From positions 289,533 to 353,532 of the forward strand of contig JAQTWT010000002.1 in NCBI GenBank assembly GCA_028689145.1: a stretch of DNA of 64,000 nucleotides. Direction: 5' to 3'. Below are positions 39,586-49,420 of this stretch, in pieces. Position 1 is the first letter of the stretch; the number at the start of each line of letters is the position of its first letter. A program made the position numbers and the translations under genes. Under the pieces are notes generated by a model. It was given only the letters and a program-made list of their open reading frames with translations, did not search any database and was not told where the DNA came from. Origin of the DNA: Gallionella sp. GTDB lineage: Bacteria; Pseudomonadota; Gammaproteobacteria; Burkholderiales; Gallionellaceae.

Positions 39586-41675
39586 GCTCTACCTCCTACC
39601 ATAGCTGTTACCCGGATGGTTTTGAAGTCCGGTACTTCATCGTGTGAAATGACCCTGATGTTTGGCACGGCGCGTTTCAGGAAGCGCGCCAGCAGATCGC
39701 GCAACTGCGCGGGCACCAGCATCACTGCCGGCAATCCCATATTCTCTTGAGTTTCGGCGGCGGCGCGGGTTTCGCGCAGCACGGTATCGGCCAGTCCCGG
39801 CTCGATGCCGATGCCGTTCTGGCTCGATTGCATTGCCTGTATCAGGATGTATTCCAGTTCCTTGTCCATACCTATTACCTGCAATTCCTGCGCGGAAGGG
39901 TAAAACTGCTGCACGATGGCAGGACCGAGCGCGACGCGCACCAGCGCGGTGAGCTGGTACGGATCCTGGGTGCGCGACGCGTTTTCCGCCAGCGTTTCCA
40001 CGATGGTGCGCATATCGCGGATATGCATGCCTTCGTCCAGCAGGTTTTGCAGTACTTTCTGCACCACGCCCAGCGGCAGTGTCTTCGGCACCAGATCTTC
40101 AACCAGCTTGGGCGAGACTTTTGCGATATGGTCGAGCAGTTGCTGTACTTCCTGCCGTCCGAGCAATTCTGCGGCGCGTGAGCTGAGCAGGTGGCTCAGG
40201 TGTGTGGCTACGACAGTTCCCGGGTCGACCACGGTGTAGCCCATGACCTGCGCCTGGTCGCGCAGTGCGCTTTCGATCCATACCGCGGGCAAGCCAAAGG
40301 CCGGGTCGCGCGTCGGGATGCCGCCGTGCAACTCGCCTGTCACGTTACCCGGATTAATCGCCAGTAGCATATGCGTGTACGCCTCGCCGCTGCCGACATC
40401 CACGCCCTTGAGAGTGATACGGTAGCCGTTCGGGCGCAAGTCCAGATTGTCGCGAATGTGTACCGCGGGAGGCAGAAAGCCGATGTCCTGGGTAAATTTT
40501 TTGCGGATGCCTTTGATGCGGCGCAACAGGTCGCCGTCCTGTGTCTTATCCACCAGTGCGATCAGCCGGTAGCCTACTTCCAGCCCCAGTACATCGACTT
40601 GTTCTACATCTTCCCAGCGCGCCTCATTGGTCTCTGGGATAACCGGTACTACCTCGGCGGCAGTTTGTTCCAGCGCCGCCGCTTCCTGTTCGTTCTTTTG
40701 TATCAGGTAATAGGCCAGTGCACCCATCGCGCCGGCCAATGACAGGAAAGCAAAATGCGGCATGCTGGGGATCAAGCCCATCGAGCCGATAATGATTGCG
40801 GTCAGGATGATGATTTGCGGTTGTTTGAACAACTGCCGGATTAGTTGCTGCCCGATGTTTTCATCGCTGGCTACGCGGCTTACCACCAGACCGGCGGCAG
40901 TGGAGATTACCAGAGCCGGAATTTGCGCCACCAGGCCGTCGCCGATGGTCAGCAGGGTATAATTTTTTGCCGCCACGGAGATATCGAGATCATGCTGCAA
41001 CACACCAACCACCATACCGCCGATGATACTGATGAACAGGATGATGATGCCCGCGACCGCGTCGCCGCGCACGAATTTGCTGGCACCGTCCATCGCGCCG
41101 TAGAAATCGGCTTCCTGCGCGATCTCGGCGCGGCGTTTACGCGCCACGTCTTCACCGATTAGCCCCGCGTTCAGGTCGGCATCGATGGCCATTTGCTTGC
41201 CGGGCATCGCATCCAGAGTGAAACGCGCGCCCACTTCGGCAATGCGCCCGGCACCTTTGGTGATCACCACAAAGTTGATGACCACCAGAATCGCAAACAC
41301 CACGATACCGACGGCATAGTTGCCGCCCACCAGAAAATTCCCGAACGACTCGATTACCTTGCCTGCGGCATCCGGTCCGGTATGTCCTTCCAGCAATACG
41401 ACGCGGGTCGAGGCTACGTTCAATGACAAGCGCAACAATGTGGTGATCAGCAATACGGTGGGGAATATCGCAAAATCCAGCGCCTTGTTGGTGTTCATGC
41501 TGACCAGCAGCACCATGATCGAGACTGCGATGTTGAACGTGAACAGGATGTCCAGCAGCATCGGCGGCAATGGCAATACCATCATCGCCAGAATCAGCAC
41601 GATCAGCGCCGGACCGACCATGCCGATCAGCCCGGCGCGCTTAACAAAGTTTTGCAGTATCAGTAATATGTTCAT
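39582..41675 (-). CDS. flhA: Flagellar export gate FlhA
   Basis: GAGRIAEVGARFTLDAMPGKQMAIDADLN, FYGAMDGASKFVRGDA, IRDMRTI. Confidence 0.98.
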   Translation of the reverse strand: MNILLILQNFVKRAGLIGMVGPALIVLILAMMVLPLPPMLLDILFTFNIAVSIMVLLVSMNTNKALDFAIFPTVLLITTLLRLSLNVASTRVVLLEGHTGPDAAGKVIESFGNFLVGGNYAVGIVVFAILVVINFVVITKGAGRIAEVGARFTLDAMPGKQMAIDADLNAGLIGEDVARKRRAEIAQEADFYGAMDGASKFVRGDAVAGIIILFISIIGGMVVGVLQHDLDISVAAKNYTLLTIGDGLVAQIPALVISTAAGLVVSRVASDENIGQQLIRQLFKQPQIIILTAIIIGSMGLIPSMPHFAFLSLAGAMGALAYYLIQKNEQEAAALEQTAAEVVPVIPETNEARWEDVEQVDVLGLEVGYRLIALVDKTQDGDLLRRIKGIRKKFTQDIGFLPPAVHIRDNLDLRPNGYRITLKGVDVGSGEAYTHMLLAINPGNVTGELHGGIPTRDPAFGLPAVWIESALRDQAQVMGYTVVDPGTVVATHLSHLLSSRAAELLGRQEVQQLLDHIAKVSPKLVEDLVPKTLPLGVVQKVLQNLLDEGMHIRDMRTIVETLAENASRTQDPYQLTALVRVALGPAIVQQFYPSAQELQVIGMDKELEYILIQAMQSSQNGIGIEPGLADTVLRETRAAAETQENMGLPAVMLVPAQLRDLLARFLKRAVPNIRVISHDEVPDFKTIRVTAMVGGRA

Positions 41676-41684
41676 GGTTTATTT

Positions 41685-42836
41685 TTATGCGGCAGTCAAT
41701 GCGGCTGCCGGGTCGAGTTCGACCGGCACCGACAAGTTCGCCGGTTCATGCGGGCGCGCCCCGCCTTGCTTTTCGTAGCGGCGCAGCTGGTAGACGTAGG
41801 CCAATACTTCGGCGACGGCGGTATATAGCGCTTCCGGAATGGATTCGCCCAGTTCTGTATGCTTGTGCAGCGCGCGCGCCAGCGGTGGTGCTTCCAGTAT
41901 CGGCACATGGTTTTCTTCGGCGATCTCGCGAATGCGTAGCGCCAGCAGATGCGAACCCTTGGCGACTACAACCGGAGCGCCGAAGCCATTTTTGTCGTTG
42001 TATTTCAACGCCACGGCATAGTGCGTCGGGTTGGTTACCACCACGTCTGCGGTCGGGATTTCCGACATCATGCGGCGGCGTGCAGCCTCGCGTTGCAACT
42101 GGCGGATACGTCCCTTGACCATCGGGTCGCCTTCGGTCTCCTTGGATTCCTGTCGCACCTCTTCCTTGGTCATCATCAGCTTCTTGTTGTGATCCCATAA
42201 CTGGAACGGCACGTCGATAGCCACGATCAGCAGCATTGCGCCGATAATCATCATGGAGCAGGTGACCACCAGATTGCCCATTTGCGGAATGGCGGCAGCG
42301 GCCGGTTGCGTGCCGAGTGCCATCACCGCATCCTTGTTGTGCCAGATCACCCATGCCGCAATGCCGCCGACCAGAATGGATTTGCCGATCGCCTTGACCA
42401 GTTCCACCAGCGAGGTTCTGGAAAACATCCGGGAGATTCCGGAAATCGGATTTAGTTTGGAAAATTTCGGCTGCAGCGCTTCGATGCTGAACAGCCAGCC
42501 GTTGAGTATCAGTGGGGAGAACAATGCGGCAAGCAGAACCACGAGCAGCAAAGGTGCGAAGGTGATGAGTGCATCCAGCGAAAGCTCATACAGGCGCGGA
42601 ATCATCAAGCCGGTGTCGAATGCCATATCCCGGTCAATGGTTAGCCCGTCGCGCAATGACTTGACCATATGCTGGGTGAACGACGTGCCCATAAACCACA
42701 GCATACCGCCGCCCGCCAGCAATACGGCGAACGTGGACAGCTCGCGCGAACGCGCGACTTGACCTTTTTCTCTTGCCTGGTCAAGTCGTCGCTGTGAGGG
42801 TTGTTCGGTTTTTTCTAGATCGCTGTCTTCTGCCAT
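41685..42836 (-). CDS. flhB: Flagellar export switch FlhB
   Basis: EKTEQPS.RRL..AR.KGQ, EGDP.VK.R.R, VVTNPTHYAVAL autocleavage site. Confidence 0.98.
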   Translation of the reverse strand: MAEDSDLEKTEQPSQRRLDQAREKGQVARSRELSTFAVLLAGGGMLWFMGTSFTQHMVKSLRDGLTIDRDMAFDTGLMIPRLYELSLDALITFAPLLLVVLLAALFSPLILNGWLFSIEALQPKFSKLNPISGISRMFSRTSLVELVKAIGKSILVGGIAAWVIWHNKDAVMALGTQPAAAAIPQMGNLVVTCSMMIIGAMLLIVAIDVPFQLWDHNKKLMMTKEEVRQESKETEGDPMVKGRIRQLQREAARRRMMSEIPTADVVVTNPTHYAVALKYNDKNGFGAPVVVAKGSHLLALRIREIAEENHVPILEAPPLARALHKHTELGESIPEALYTAVAEVLAYVYQLRRYEKQGGARPHEPANLSVPVELDPAAALTAA

Positions 42837-43253
42837 ATTGGACTCCGCGGGTCATGGCAATTATCGGCAGCTTTGGCAAAGTTCAATCGCGTGAATAGCG
42901 ACGGTATTTTCTGTCTATTCAGCAAGTTTTACGTCATTCTTACACCGGTTTGACAACCCGATATGGGTTGTGAAAATTTAAGCTTTGCCCAAAATTTCCC
43001 CAAATATTCTGCTAGGATGAGTATGTGGAAAGATCATGAATAATCCGTAAGTAACGCATTGAAATAGAGAATGTTTGGATAGATATTCTTTTATCTATTT
43101 GATATTAAATAGATATAGTGTTTTTTGGTGTCGAATATGAACGTTATCAAGATCGTGAAATTCTTGTGTGATCATTTTTTGCCATCCTGAGGCAGGATGG
43201 CATCATGCAGGCAGAATCCGGGGCGGATGGGTTTTGATCGGGGAATATCGGGG

Positions 43254-45758
43254 TCAGGCACAAATGTAATAAGCGATGACCTCATTCCCTTTGCCAAAAT
43301 ATTCCAGTTTGTAGGCCATACTTTTCATCAGGGTGATGCCTCTGCCATGCTGCATCTGTTTAACTTGGCCGGGGGCGGGGGGCTGCATTGCCGCATAATC
43401 AAAGCCGTTGCCGCTGTCGGCCACACGAATCTTCACAGCTTGCCGGTTTTCAATGAATATTCTCTCGATGTCGATCTCGATCCTGCCGTTGCTGAGTTCC
43501 TGCATCCGCGTTTCGCGTAATTGCAGGAATTTGTCGAATCCGTCAGGCCCCAGTTTAATACCGGAATCAAGCTGCAATACACCGTGGTCGAGGGCGTTAT
43601 TGAACAATTCGGAAAGAATCAGGAATAGCGCGGAATGGTGTTCCCGGGTTACGTGAATTTTGGCGATGATTTGGGTGAGCAAAGGGACAACATCCAGGTA
43701 CTTCAGCTCGTTTGCGCCCAGACTGAGCGAAATTCTCCAGTCATCGCTTACTTCAGTCGTTTTGTGGGAATCCAGATTGCAGTGCAGTACGCCCGTATCT
43801 ATTTCGGCTGAAATATCCACCAATGCAAGCGAAATATCATCGTGCGCGCGTTGTCCGTGCAAGTGCCGGTCGAGTTTCGTGATCAGCGTCTCGAAGCGGG
43901 AGTGGTGCGCTGTTTCTTTGAATATTTCGACAATGCGTTCGTTGCCGAAGTACTCGCCCTGCGGAGAACAGGCTTCCGGCAGGCCGTCTGAAAACAGGCA
44001 CAACTGGCAATCTTCATCGTAAGAAAGAAACTCCGGCTTGCCGGAAAAATCTTCACCCGACAAGATACCCAACGGCAAATGCCTAGAATCGTAACTATGC
44101 AATAAACGGCCATTGCGCAGGAATAGCTGCGGCGCGGGGATTCCTCCATTCCATACTTCGACGATACGGGTCTGGCGGTTGATGGAAACCAGCGCGGCAG
44201 AAACAAAACGGTCCACCGGCATGAATTTGTTCACCAGTGAATTGAGCTCGACGGCGATCTCCTCGATGGAAAACCCCTTCGCGGTTAAATCGTAAAAAGA
44301 TTGGCATAACGGCAATACATTTATCGCGGCGCTAAGCCCGTGTCCGACCGCATCCGCCAGCAAAATATGCACGATGTTGTTTGGTGTTGTGGCTGCGATC
44401 AGGATGTCGCCGCTGAGATGGCTGGCCGATTTTGTGTAGCAGTGCATATAAGGAGCGACCTGTTCATCTATCTTGGTCATGCGCGACATGATGAAACTGC
44501 CGACACGCTGCTCTTCGTCTACACGGTCGCCGTATTCTTCCAGCACCAGTATCTTGCCGAGAAACTGTTGTTGCAATTCCACAACCCTGTCCAGCTTGCT
44601 GCCGGTGCGGCGGATCGGCCTCATGATACCGACGATGAACCAGATGGACAGCAGCAGGCCGCCCAAAGCCGCCGCCGCCAGTATTTCAACGGAACGGTCA
44701 CGCTGGAAACGGTAGGATTTCTCCAGCGCTTCATTGGTATCTCCCAGTCCGCGCAGCTGTTCTTCGCGAATCTTTGCGACAATCGCTTCAAAATCTTCGA
44801 TCACGCCGCGGTCGGCATCGCCGACCAGATTCTGGACAATCATGCTGGTCTCCGGCCGATGAATATCGAAAGATTTCAGCGCCGAGTGATATTGTTCGAC
44901 CAGTTGGGTATGCGACACCAACAACTCATCCAGAGCATCGGTAGACAACCCAAGTTGCTGCATGATCGGCTTTAACTGTCCGGTAAGCTTGCTTTCAACT
45001 TCATTCCCTTGCTGGTCGAATTTCTTCAGGTATTGCCGGAACAGCGTCGCATCGTGACCGCTAATCAAAATGTCTTTCCAAGTGTGCAATTGCTCCTTGA
45101 AAGTTGATTCTGCAACACGCGCGGTATCCACGGCATAAGCTTGTGTGCTGGAGGCGGCCAGACTTTCTAGCGCGTAATTGTTGGCTTGTGCCGCGATATA
45201 CAGGTTGAATATCCCGAAGATGACCAGCGTGCCGAGTAACATTGCGATGAGCGCCAGCAGCCGGATCTTGATGCTGATCGTTTCCATCCAGCGCAGCAGC
45301 CGGTTATTTGCCCGGATAACATTGCCGTCCTCGATGCGCAGCTTGGACAAGCCTCTGCGAATTTCCTGGTAAGCGACAGAGGCATACTTGATTTGATCGC
45401 GGGTGGCCTTGTAACGGAACGATACATAGCCGGTAGTTTTTCCATGTTCCTGCAACGGGGTGACGATGGCTGTCGTCCAGTAGTAACTGCCGTCTTTGCG
45501 CCGGTTTTTGACGATGCCCTGCCAGGGTTTGTTGGCTTTAATGGTTCGCCACAGGTCGGCGAACGCCTCGGGCGGCATGTCGGGATGACGAACTATATTG
45601 TGCGACGAACTGATCAGCTCATCGCGGCTATACCCGCTTATTTCGACAAACGTATTGTTGCAATAGGTGATGATCCCTTTGAGATCGGTTTTGGAAACGA
45701 TCACCGCGCCGTCCGGCAGCGTAAATTCAATATTGGAAACCGGCAAATTCAACCGCAT
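43254..45758 (-). CDS. Membrane sensor fusion: Aer-type PAS + periplasmic domain + PP2C/SpoIIE phosphatase + HATPase_c anti-sigma kinase
   Basis: [12 protein letters not shown]; two TMs; SGDILI, ADAVGHG, FSDGL, DDISL PP2C metal motifs; ELFNNALDHG, DSGNGF, HGRGI GHKL motifs. Confidence 0.88.
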   Translation of the reverse strand: MRLNLPVSNIEFTLPDGAVIVSKTDLKGIITYCNNTFVEISGYSRDELISSSHNIVRHPDMPPEAFADLWRTIKANKPWQGIVKNRRKDGSYYWTTAIVTPLQEHGKTTGYVSFRYKATRDQIKYASVAYQEIRRGLSKLRIEDGNVIRANNRLLRWMETISIKIRLLALIAMLLGTLVIFGIFNLYIAAQANNYALESLAASSTQAYAVDTARVAESTFKEQLHTWKDILISGHDATLFRQYLKKFDQQGNEVESKLTGQLKPIMQQLGLSTDALDELLVSHTQLVEQYHSALKSFDIHRPETSMIVQNLVGDADRGVIEDFEAIVAKIREEQLRGLGDTNEALEKSYRFQRDRSVEILAAAALGGLLLSIWFIVGIMRPIRRTGSKLDRVVELQQQFLGKILVLEEYGDRVDEEQRVGSFIMSRMTKIDEQVAPYMHCYTKSASHLSGDILIAATTPNNIVHILLADAVGHGLSAAINVLPLCQSFYDLTAKGFSIEEIAVELNSLVNKFMPVDRFVSAALVSINRQTRIVEVWNGGIPAPQLFLRNGRLLHSYDSRHLPLGILSGEDFSGKPEFLSYDEDCQLCLFSDGLPEACSPQGEYFGNERIVEIFKETAHHSRFETLITKLDRHLHGQRAHDDISLALVDISAEIDTGVLHCNLDSHKTTEVSDDWRISLSLGANELKYLDVVPLLTQIIAKIHVTREHHSALFLILSELFNNALDHGVLQLDSGIKLGPDGFDKFLQLRETRMQELSNGRIEIDIERIFIENRQAVKIRVADSGNGFDYAAMQPPAPGQVKQMQHGRGITLMKSMAYKLEYFGKGNEVIAYYICA

Positions 45759-45804
45759 CGATCAAATTCCTTCAAAGATACCTAATCATAACCGCAACTC
45801 TGTG

Positions 45805-47562
45805 TTAACCGGTACTGTCCGGTGCAAACTGGATGCGGTGAAGTTGCGCATACACCCCGTTTTTCGCCAGCAGCTCGCGGTGTGTGCCGATCTCGGCGAT
45901 TTCGCCTTTTTGCAACACCACAATCCGGTCCGCCTTTTCGATGGTCGACAGGCGGTGCGCGATTACCAGCGTGGTGCGGCCCTGCATCAGGGTTTCCAGC
46001 GCAGCCTGTACATGGCGTTCCGATTCGCTGTCCAGCGCCGAGGTCGCCTCGTCGAGGATCAGGATCGGCGCATCCTTGAGAATCGCGCGCGCGATGGCGA
46101 TACGCTGGCGCTGCCCGCCGGACAGCTTTACGCCGCGTTCGCCGACCAGTGTATTCAGACCTTCCGGCCACTCGCCGATGAATTCCATCGCGTGCGCGGC
46201 CTGTGCGGCGGCGATGATCTCGTCCTTGCCGACTGCGCGCATCTGCCCGTAGGCGATGTTTGCCGCGACCGTGTCGTTGAACAGCACCACCTCCTGGCTC
46301 ACCAGCGCGATATTGGCACGCAGGCTGGCGAGCGTCAGGTCGGCGAGGTTGTGTCCGTCGAGCAGGATCGCGCCGCCGGTCGGCGTATAGAAGCGCGGCA
46401 CCAGATTGGCCAGCGTGGTTTTGCCGCTGCCGGACGCGCCGACCAGCGCGACGTTCTCGCCGGCGCGTACCTGCAGCGTGATGTCCTGCAGCGCCTGGCG
46501 CCCGTCCGTCCCGTAGGCGAATTGCACATGGTCGAACTGCAACTCGCCGCGCACCCTGCCTATTGTCTCGGTGCCGCTGTCCGTTTCGCCTGCGGTATCG
46601 AGCAGCGCGAACACGCTCTCCGCCGCCGCCAGGCCGCGTTGCAGATATTCGCTCACACCGGTCAGGCGTTTCAGCGGCGCGGTCAGCATCAGCATTGCCA
46701 TGATGAACGACACGAAGCCGCCCACCGTAACCTCGTCGGTGTTGGATTGCAGCGTCGCCAGATACACCACTACCGCCAATGCCAGGGCCGCGACCATCTG
46801 CACGATCGGCACATTCGCCGCCGCTGCCGCCGCCTGCTTCATCGCATAGCGGCGCACCCAGTTGGCCTGCTCGTTGAAACGTTTGCTTTCATAGGGCTGC
46901 CCGCCGAACAGCTTGACCACCTTGTGCGCGGACACGCTTTCCTCGATCACCTGCGTGATGTAACCCATTGCGCGCTGCGAATCGCGGCTGCTGGTGCGCA
47001 TCCGCTTGCTGATGGTGCTGATGATGTAGGCGATAACCGGAGCCATCAGCAGCGTCAGCAGCGTCAGTTTCCAGTTGAGATAGAACAGCCAGCCGAGCAG
47101 CCCGACGATAACGATGCTGTCGCGCACCGCGATCGTCACCACCGTGGTGGCGGCATTGGTCACCTGCGTGACATCGAAAGTCAGTTTGGAAATCAGCGAG
47201 CCGGTGGCGTGGTCGTCGTAATAACGCGTTGGCAGGCTGAGCAGCTTGCGGAACATCGCGTCGCGCAGATCCATCACCAGTTTATTGCCCACCCAGTTGA
47301 TCGCGTAAGTGCCGATGAACGTCGCCAGCCCGCGCACCAGAAAGATCAGGATGATGACCACTGGAACCATGCGCATCATTTCCTGATCCTTGTGCACAAA
47401 CGTCCCGTCCAGCATCGGTTTCATCAGCGCCGGCACCAGCGGCTCGGTGATCGCGACCACCATCATGCCGAGCAGGGAAACCGCAAACACGCGCCAGTAA
47501 GGTTTGACGTAGGTGAGAAGGCGCAAATAAAGCTGGCTGCTGGTCATATTCATGGCGCGCAC
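45805..47562 (-). CDS. msbA: Lipid A export ABC transporter MsbA
   Basis: Six-TM domain, Walker A GASGSGKT, LSGGQRQR, LDEATSALD, AHRLSTI; the start may be ATG 47553. Confidence 0.95.
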   Translation of the reverse strand: MRAMNMTSSQLYLRLLTYVKPYWRVFAVSLLGMMVVAITEPLVPALMKPMLDGTFVHKDQEMMRMVPVVIILIFLVRGLATFIGTYAINWVGNKLVMDLRDAMFRKLLSLPTRYYDDHATGSLISKLTFDVTQVTNAATTVVTIAVRDSIVIVGLLGWLFYLNWKLTLLTLLMAPVIAYIISTISKRMRTSSRDSQRAMGYITQVIEESVSAHKVVKLFGGQPYESKRFNEQANWVRRYAMKQAAAAAANVPIVQMVAALALAVVVYLATLQSNTDEVTVGGFVSFIMAMLMLTAPLKRLTGVSEYLQRGLAAAESVFALLDTAGETDSGTETIGRVRGELQFDHVQFAYGTDGRQALQDITLQVRAGENVALVGASGSGKTTLANLVPRFYTPTGGAILLDGHNLADLTLASLRANIALVSQEVVLFNDTVAANIAYGQMRAVGKDEIIAAAQAAHAMEFIGEWPEGLNTLVGERGVKLSGGQRQRIAIARAILKDAPILILDEATSALDSESERHVQAALETLMQGRTTLVIAHRLSTIEKADRIVVLQKGEIAEIGTHRELLAKNGVYAQLHRIQFAPDSTG

Positions 47563-47628
47563 TTTAGCAGAAAAGTAGCCTTATCGGCGCGCCAGCGCCT
47601 TAAAACATGGAGCATCCTGCGGAGTGCC

Positions 47629-47704
47629 GTAGGCTGGGGTGAGGCACGAACCCCAGCGTTTGAAATCTCGAAATGCCGGGGTTCGCAAGCTCACCCCAGC
47701 CTAC
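47629..47704. repeat. GTAG-tagged REP doublet (REPIN-like)
   Basis: GTAGGCTGGGGTGAGGCACGAACCCCAGC ... GCCGGGGTTCGCAAGCTCACCCCAGCCTAC, inverted pair. Confidence 0.85.
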
Positions 47705-47766
47705 CGTGCTGGACATGCATTGCGCGCACTGCTAGTCTGGCTGCGCTTTCATTTTTACTGCTCATC

Positions 47767-48543
47767 ATGTTGCAAGAACTGCGTTTATTTCTCACTGCCG
47801 TCCAATTTTTCACGCGCATCCCGGTGCCCGCGTGGGTCGGCCATTCCGCGCAGCAACTCGAACAGGCCGCGCGCTACTTCCCGCTGGTCGGCATTTGCGT
47901 CGGCATGCTGTCCGCCGCCGTGCTGTATTTCGGCGCGCAACTGCTGCCGCTGGCGCTGGCGGTGGGGCTGAGCATCGCGGCCGGCATCCTCGTCACTGGT
48001 GCATTCCACGAAGACGGCCTGAGCGACTTTGCCGACGGCATGGGCGGCGGGCACAACAAGGAAAAAGCGCTGGCAATCATGAAGGATTCGCGCGTCGGCG
48101 CATACGGCGTGATCGCCCTGGTACTGGTGCTGCTGATGAAATACCAGGCGCTGCTGGCGCTGTGCGGCGTGCAATCGCTGCTGTTCGCCGCCGCCGCGCT
48201 GATCGCCGCGCATTCCTTCAGCCGCCTGATGGCTGCCAGCCTCATGCTGACCCAGCGCTACATCCGCGATGACGACAGCGCGCGCGCCAAACCCGCCGCG
48301 CAACTCAGCCATACCAGCTTCGCCATCGCGCTGCTCATCGGCATCGCGCCGCTCGACCTGCTGTTCATCGCCACCCCCGATCCGTATCCGGTGCTCGCCG
48401 CCGTCGCTGCCGCATTGCTGATGCGCATATACCTCGCATGGCGGCTGCAAAAACGGCTGGGCGGCTACACCGGTGACTGTCTCGGCGCGGTGCAGCAATT
48501 GTGCGAACTGGCGTTTTATCTCGGTTTGCTGGCCGCCTTGTAA
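47767..48543 (+). CDS. cobS: Adenosylcobinamide-GDP ribazoletransferase (cobalamin synthase)
   Basis: FFTRIP, TGAFHEDGLSDFADG, IMKDSRVGAYG, GGYTGDCLGA; the true start ATG 47767 lies inside the long 958-aa ORF call. Confidence 0.95.
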   Translation: MLQELRLFLTAVQFFTRIPVPAWVGHSAQQLEQAARYFPLVGICVGMLSAAVLYFGAQLLPLALAVGLSIAAGILVTGAFHEDGLSDFADGMGGGHNKEKALAIMKDSRVGAYGVIALVLVLLMKYQALLALCGVQSLLFAAAALIAAHSFSRLMAASLMLTQRYIRDDDSARAKPAAQLSHTSFAIALLIGIAPLDLLFIATPDPYPVLAAVAAALLMRIYLAWRLQKRLGGYTGDCLGAVQQLCELAFYLGLLAAL

Positions 48544-48587
48544 CGGGCATGATGCGACTCCCGATAATGTAATTCACCATGCACACA

Positions 48588-48716
48588 CCCTCATCCCAAC
48601 CTTCCCCCGAGATAAGCCCCTCACCTCATTCCTCTCCCGCAAGCGGGCGAGGAGGCGAACGAGAAAGGCAAATTTTTAATTCCAGCGGGGGAAGGGGCAA
48701 ACGAATCGCTACGCGA
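48588..48716. repeat. Nested CCCTCTCCC-family palindromes
   Basis: Outer CCCTCATCCCAACCTTCCCCC ... GGGGGAAGGGG with an inner CCCCTCACCTCATTCCTCTCCCGCAAGCGGGCGAGG (48617-48652). Confidence 0.65.
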
Positions 48717-48721
48717 CTTTC

Positions 48722-49270
48722 ATGTTTACGCAAACCCTGTATCTGATCCGCCACACCAAGCCCGACATTGCGCCCGGTACCTGTTACGGGCAACTCGACA
48801 TCGGGCTGACCGACAGCTTCGACGCGGAAGCGGATCGCGTGCTGCGCTGGCTCCCCTCCGTTGAACTCATTCTCACCTCGCCGCTGCAACGCGCTCACCG
48901 GTTGGCCGAACACTTGGCTCATGCTCAACACTGCGAATTGCGCAGCGATGCGCGCCTGATGGAAAAACACTTCGGTATATGGGAAGGCAAAGCGTGGAAC
49001 GACATCGCGCGCGACGAGATTGATGCCTGGGCTGCCGATGTAATGGGTTACGCCCCGCCGGGCGGTGAGTCGGCGCAGCAGCTGATGCAGCGCGTGCAGA
49101 GTTTGTTGCGCGACGTGGCGCAACTGCCGCAGCAAAACATCGCGCTGGTCGCGCACGGCGGGAGTATCCGCGCGCTGCTGGCGACGATTGGCGGGGTACC
49201 GCTGGCCGACACGTTGGATTGGGATGTGGGGTATGGGGCGGTGATCGGCGTGAAGGTATCCCTTTGCTGA
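48722..49270 (+). CDS. cobC: Histidine phosphatase, probable alpha-ribazole phosphatase
   Basis: LIRHTKP, TSPLQRA, RL.E..FG.WEG..W, PPGGES, VAHGGSIR; next to cobS. Confidence 0.85.
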   Translation: MFTQTLYLIRHTKPDIAPGTCYGQLDIGLTDSFDAEADRVLRWLPSVELILTSPLQRAHRLAEHLAHAQHCELRSDARLMEKHFGIWEGKAWNDIARDEIDAWAADVMGYAPPGGESAQQLMQRVQSLLRDVAQLPQQNIALVAHGGSIRALLATIGGVPLADTLDWDVGYGAVIGVKVSLC

Positions 49271-49279
49271 ATTTCAAGC

Positions 49280-49307
49280 AAAAAAAACGGCATCCGTGGA
49301 TGCCGTT
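49280..49307 (-). terminator. Intrinsic terminator of the candidate sRNA
   Basis: 9-bp stem with a 4-nt loop followed by a T-run on the minus strand (A8 at 49280-49287 on plus). Confidence 0.8.
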
Positions 49308-49371
49308 ATCAAAGGAGGAAGCCATCAGATTAATAATGAGAGGAGGGAGGAGCTTTTCTCATTAATCTGAT
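49280..49371 (-). ncRNA. Candidate ~92-nt sRNA with two anti-Shine-Dalgarno CU-rich motifs
   Basis: -10 TACAAT (49383-49378); 5' hairpin with loop CUCCUCCCUCC; linker UUCCUCCUUU; terminator AACGGCATC-cacg-GATGCCGTT followed by a U tract. Confidence 0.7.
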
Positions 49372-49404
49372 GAAATGATTGTAGTGGCGGGGGGAATATC
49401 GCGT

Positions 49405-49420
49405 TATGAACTGGTTCACA
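49405..49420 (-). promoter_or_regulatory. CRP-family binding site centred at -41.5 of the candidate sRNA
   Basis: TGTGA-accagt-TCATA, one mismatch to TGTGA-N6-TCACA; centre 49412.5 versus predicted +1 at 49371. Confidence 0.65.

Noticed and set aside
42861-42887. Sigma-28 promoter before flhB (GCCGATAA on the minus strand)
   Set aside because: The -10 is perfect but there is no matching -35 at the right spacing, and flhB is normally an early (non-FliA) gene.
45667-48543. 958-aa plus-strand ORF
   Set aside because: Its first ~700 codons are the antisense shadow of msbA plus a translated REPIN; only the part from ATG 47767 is the real cobS.
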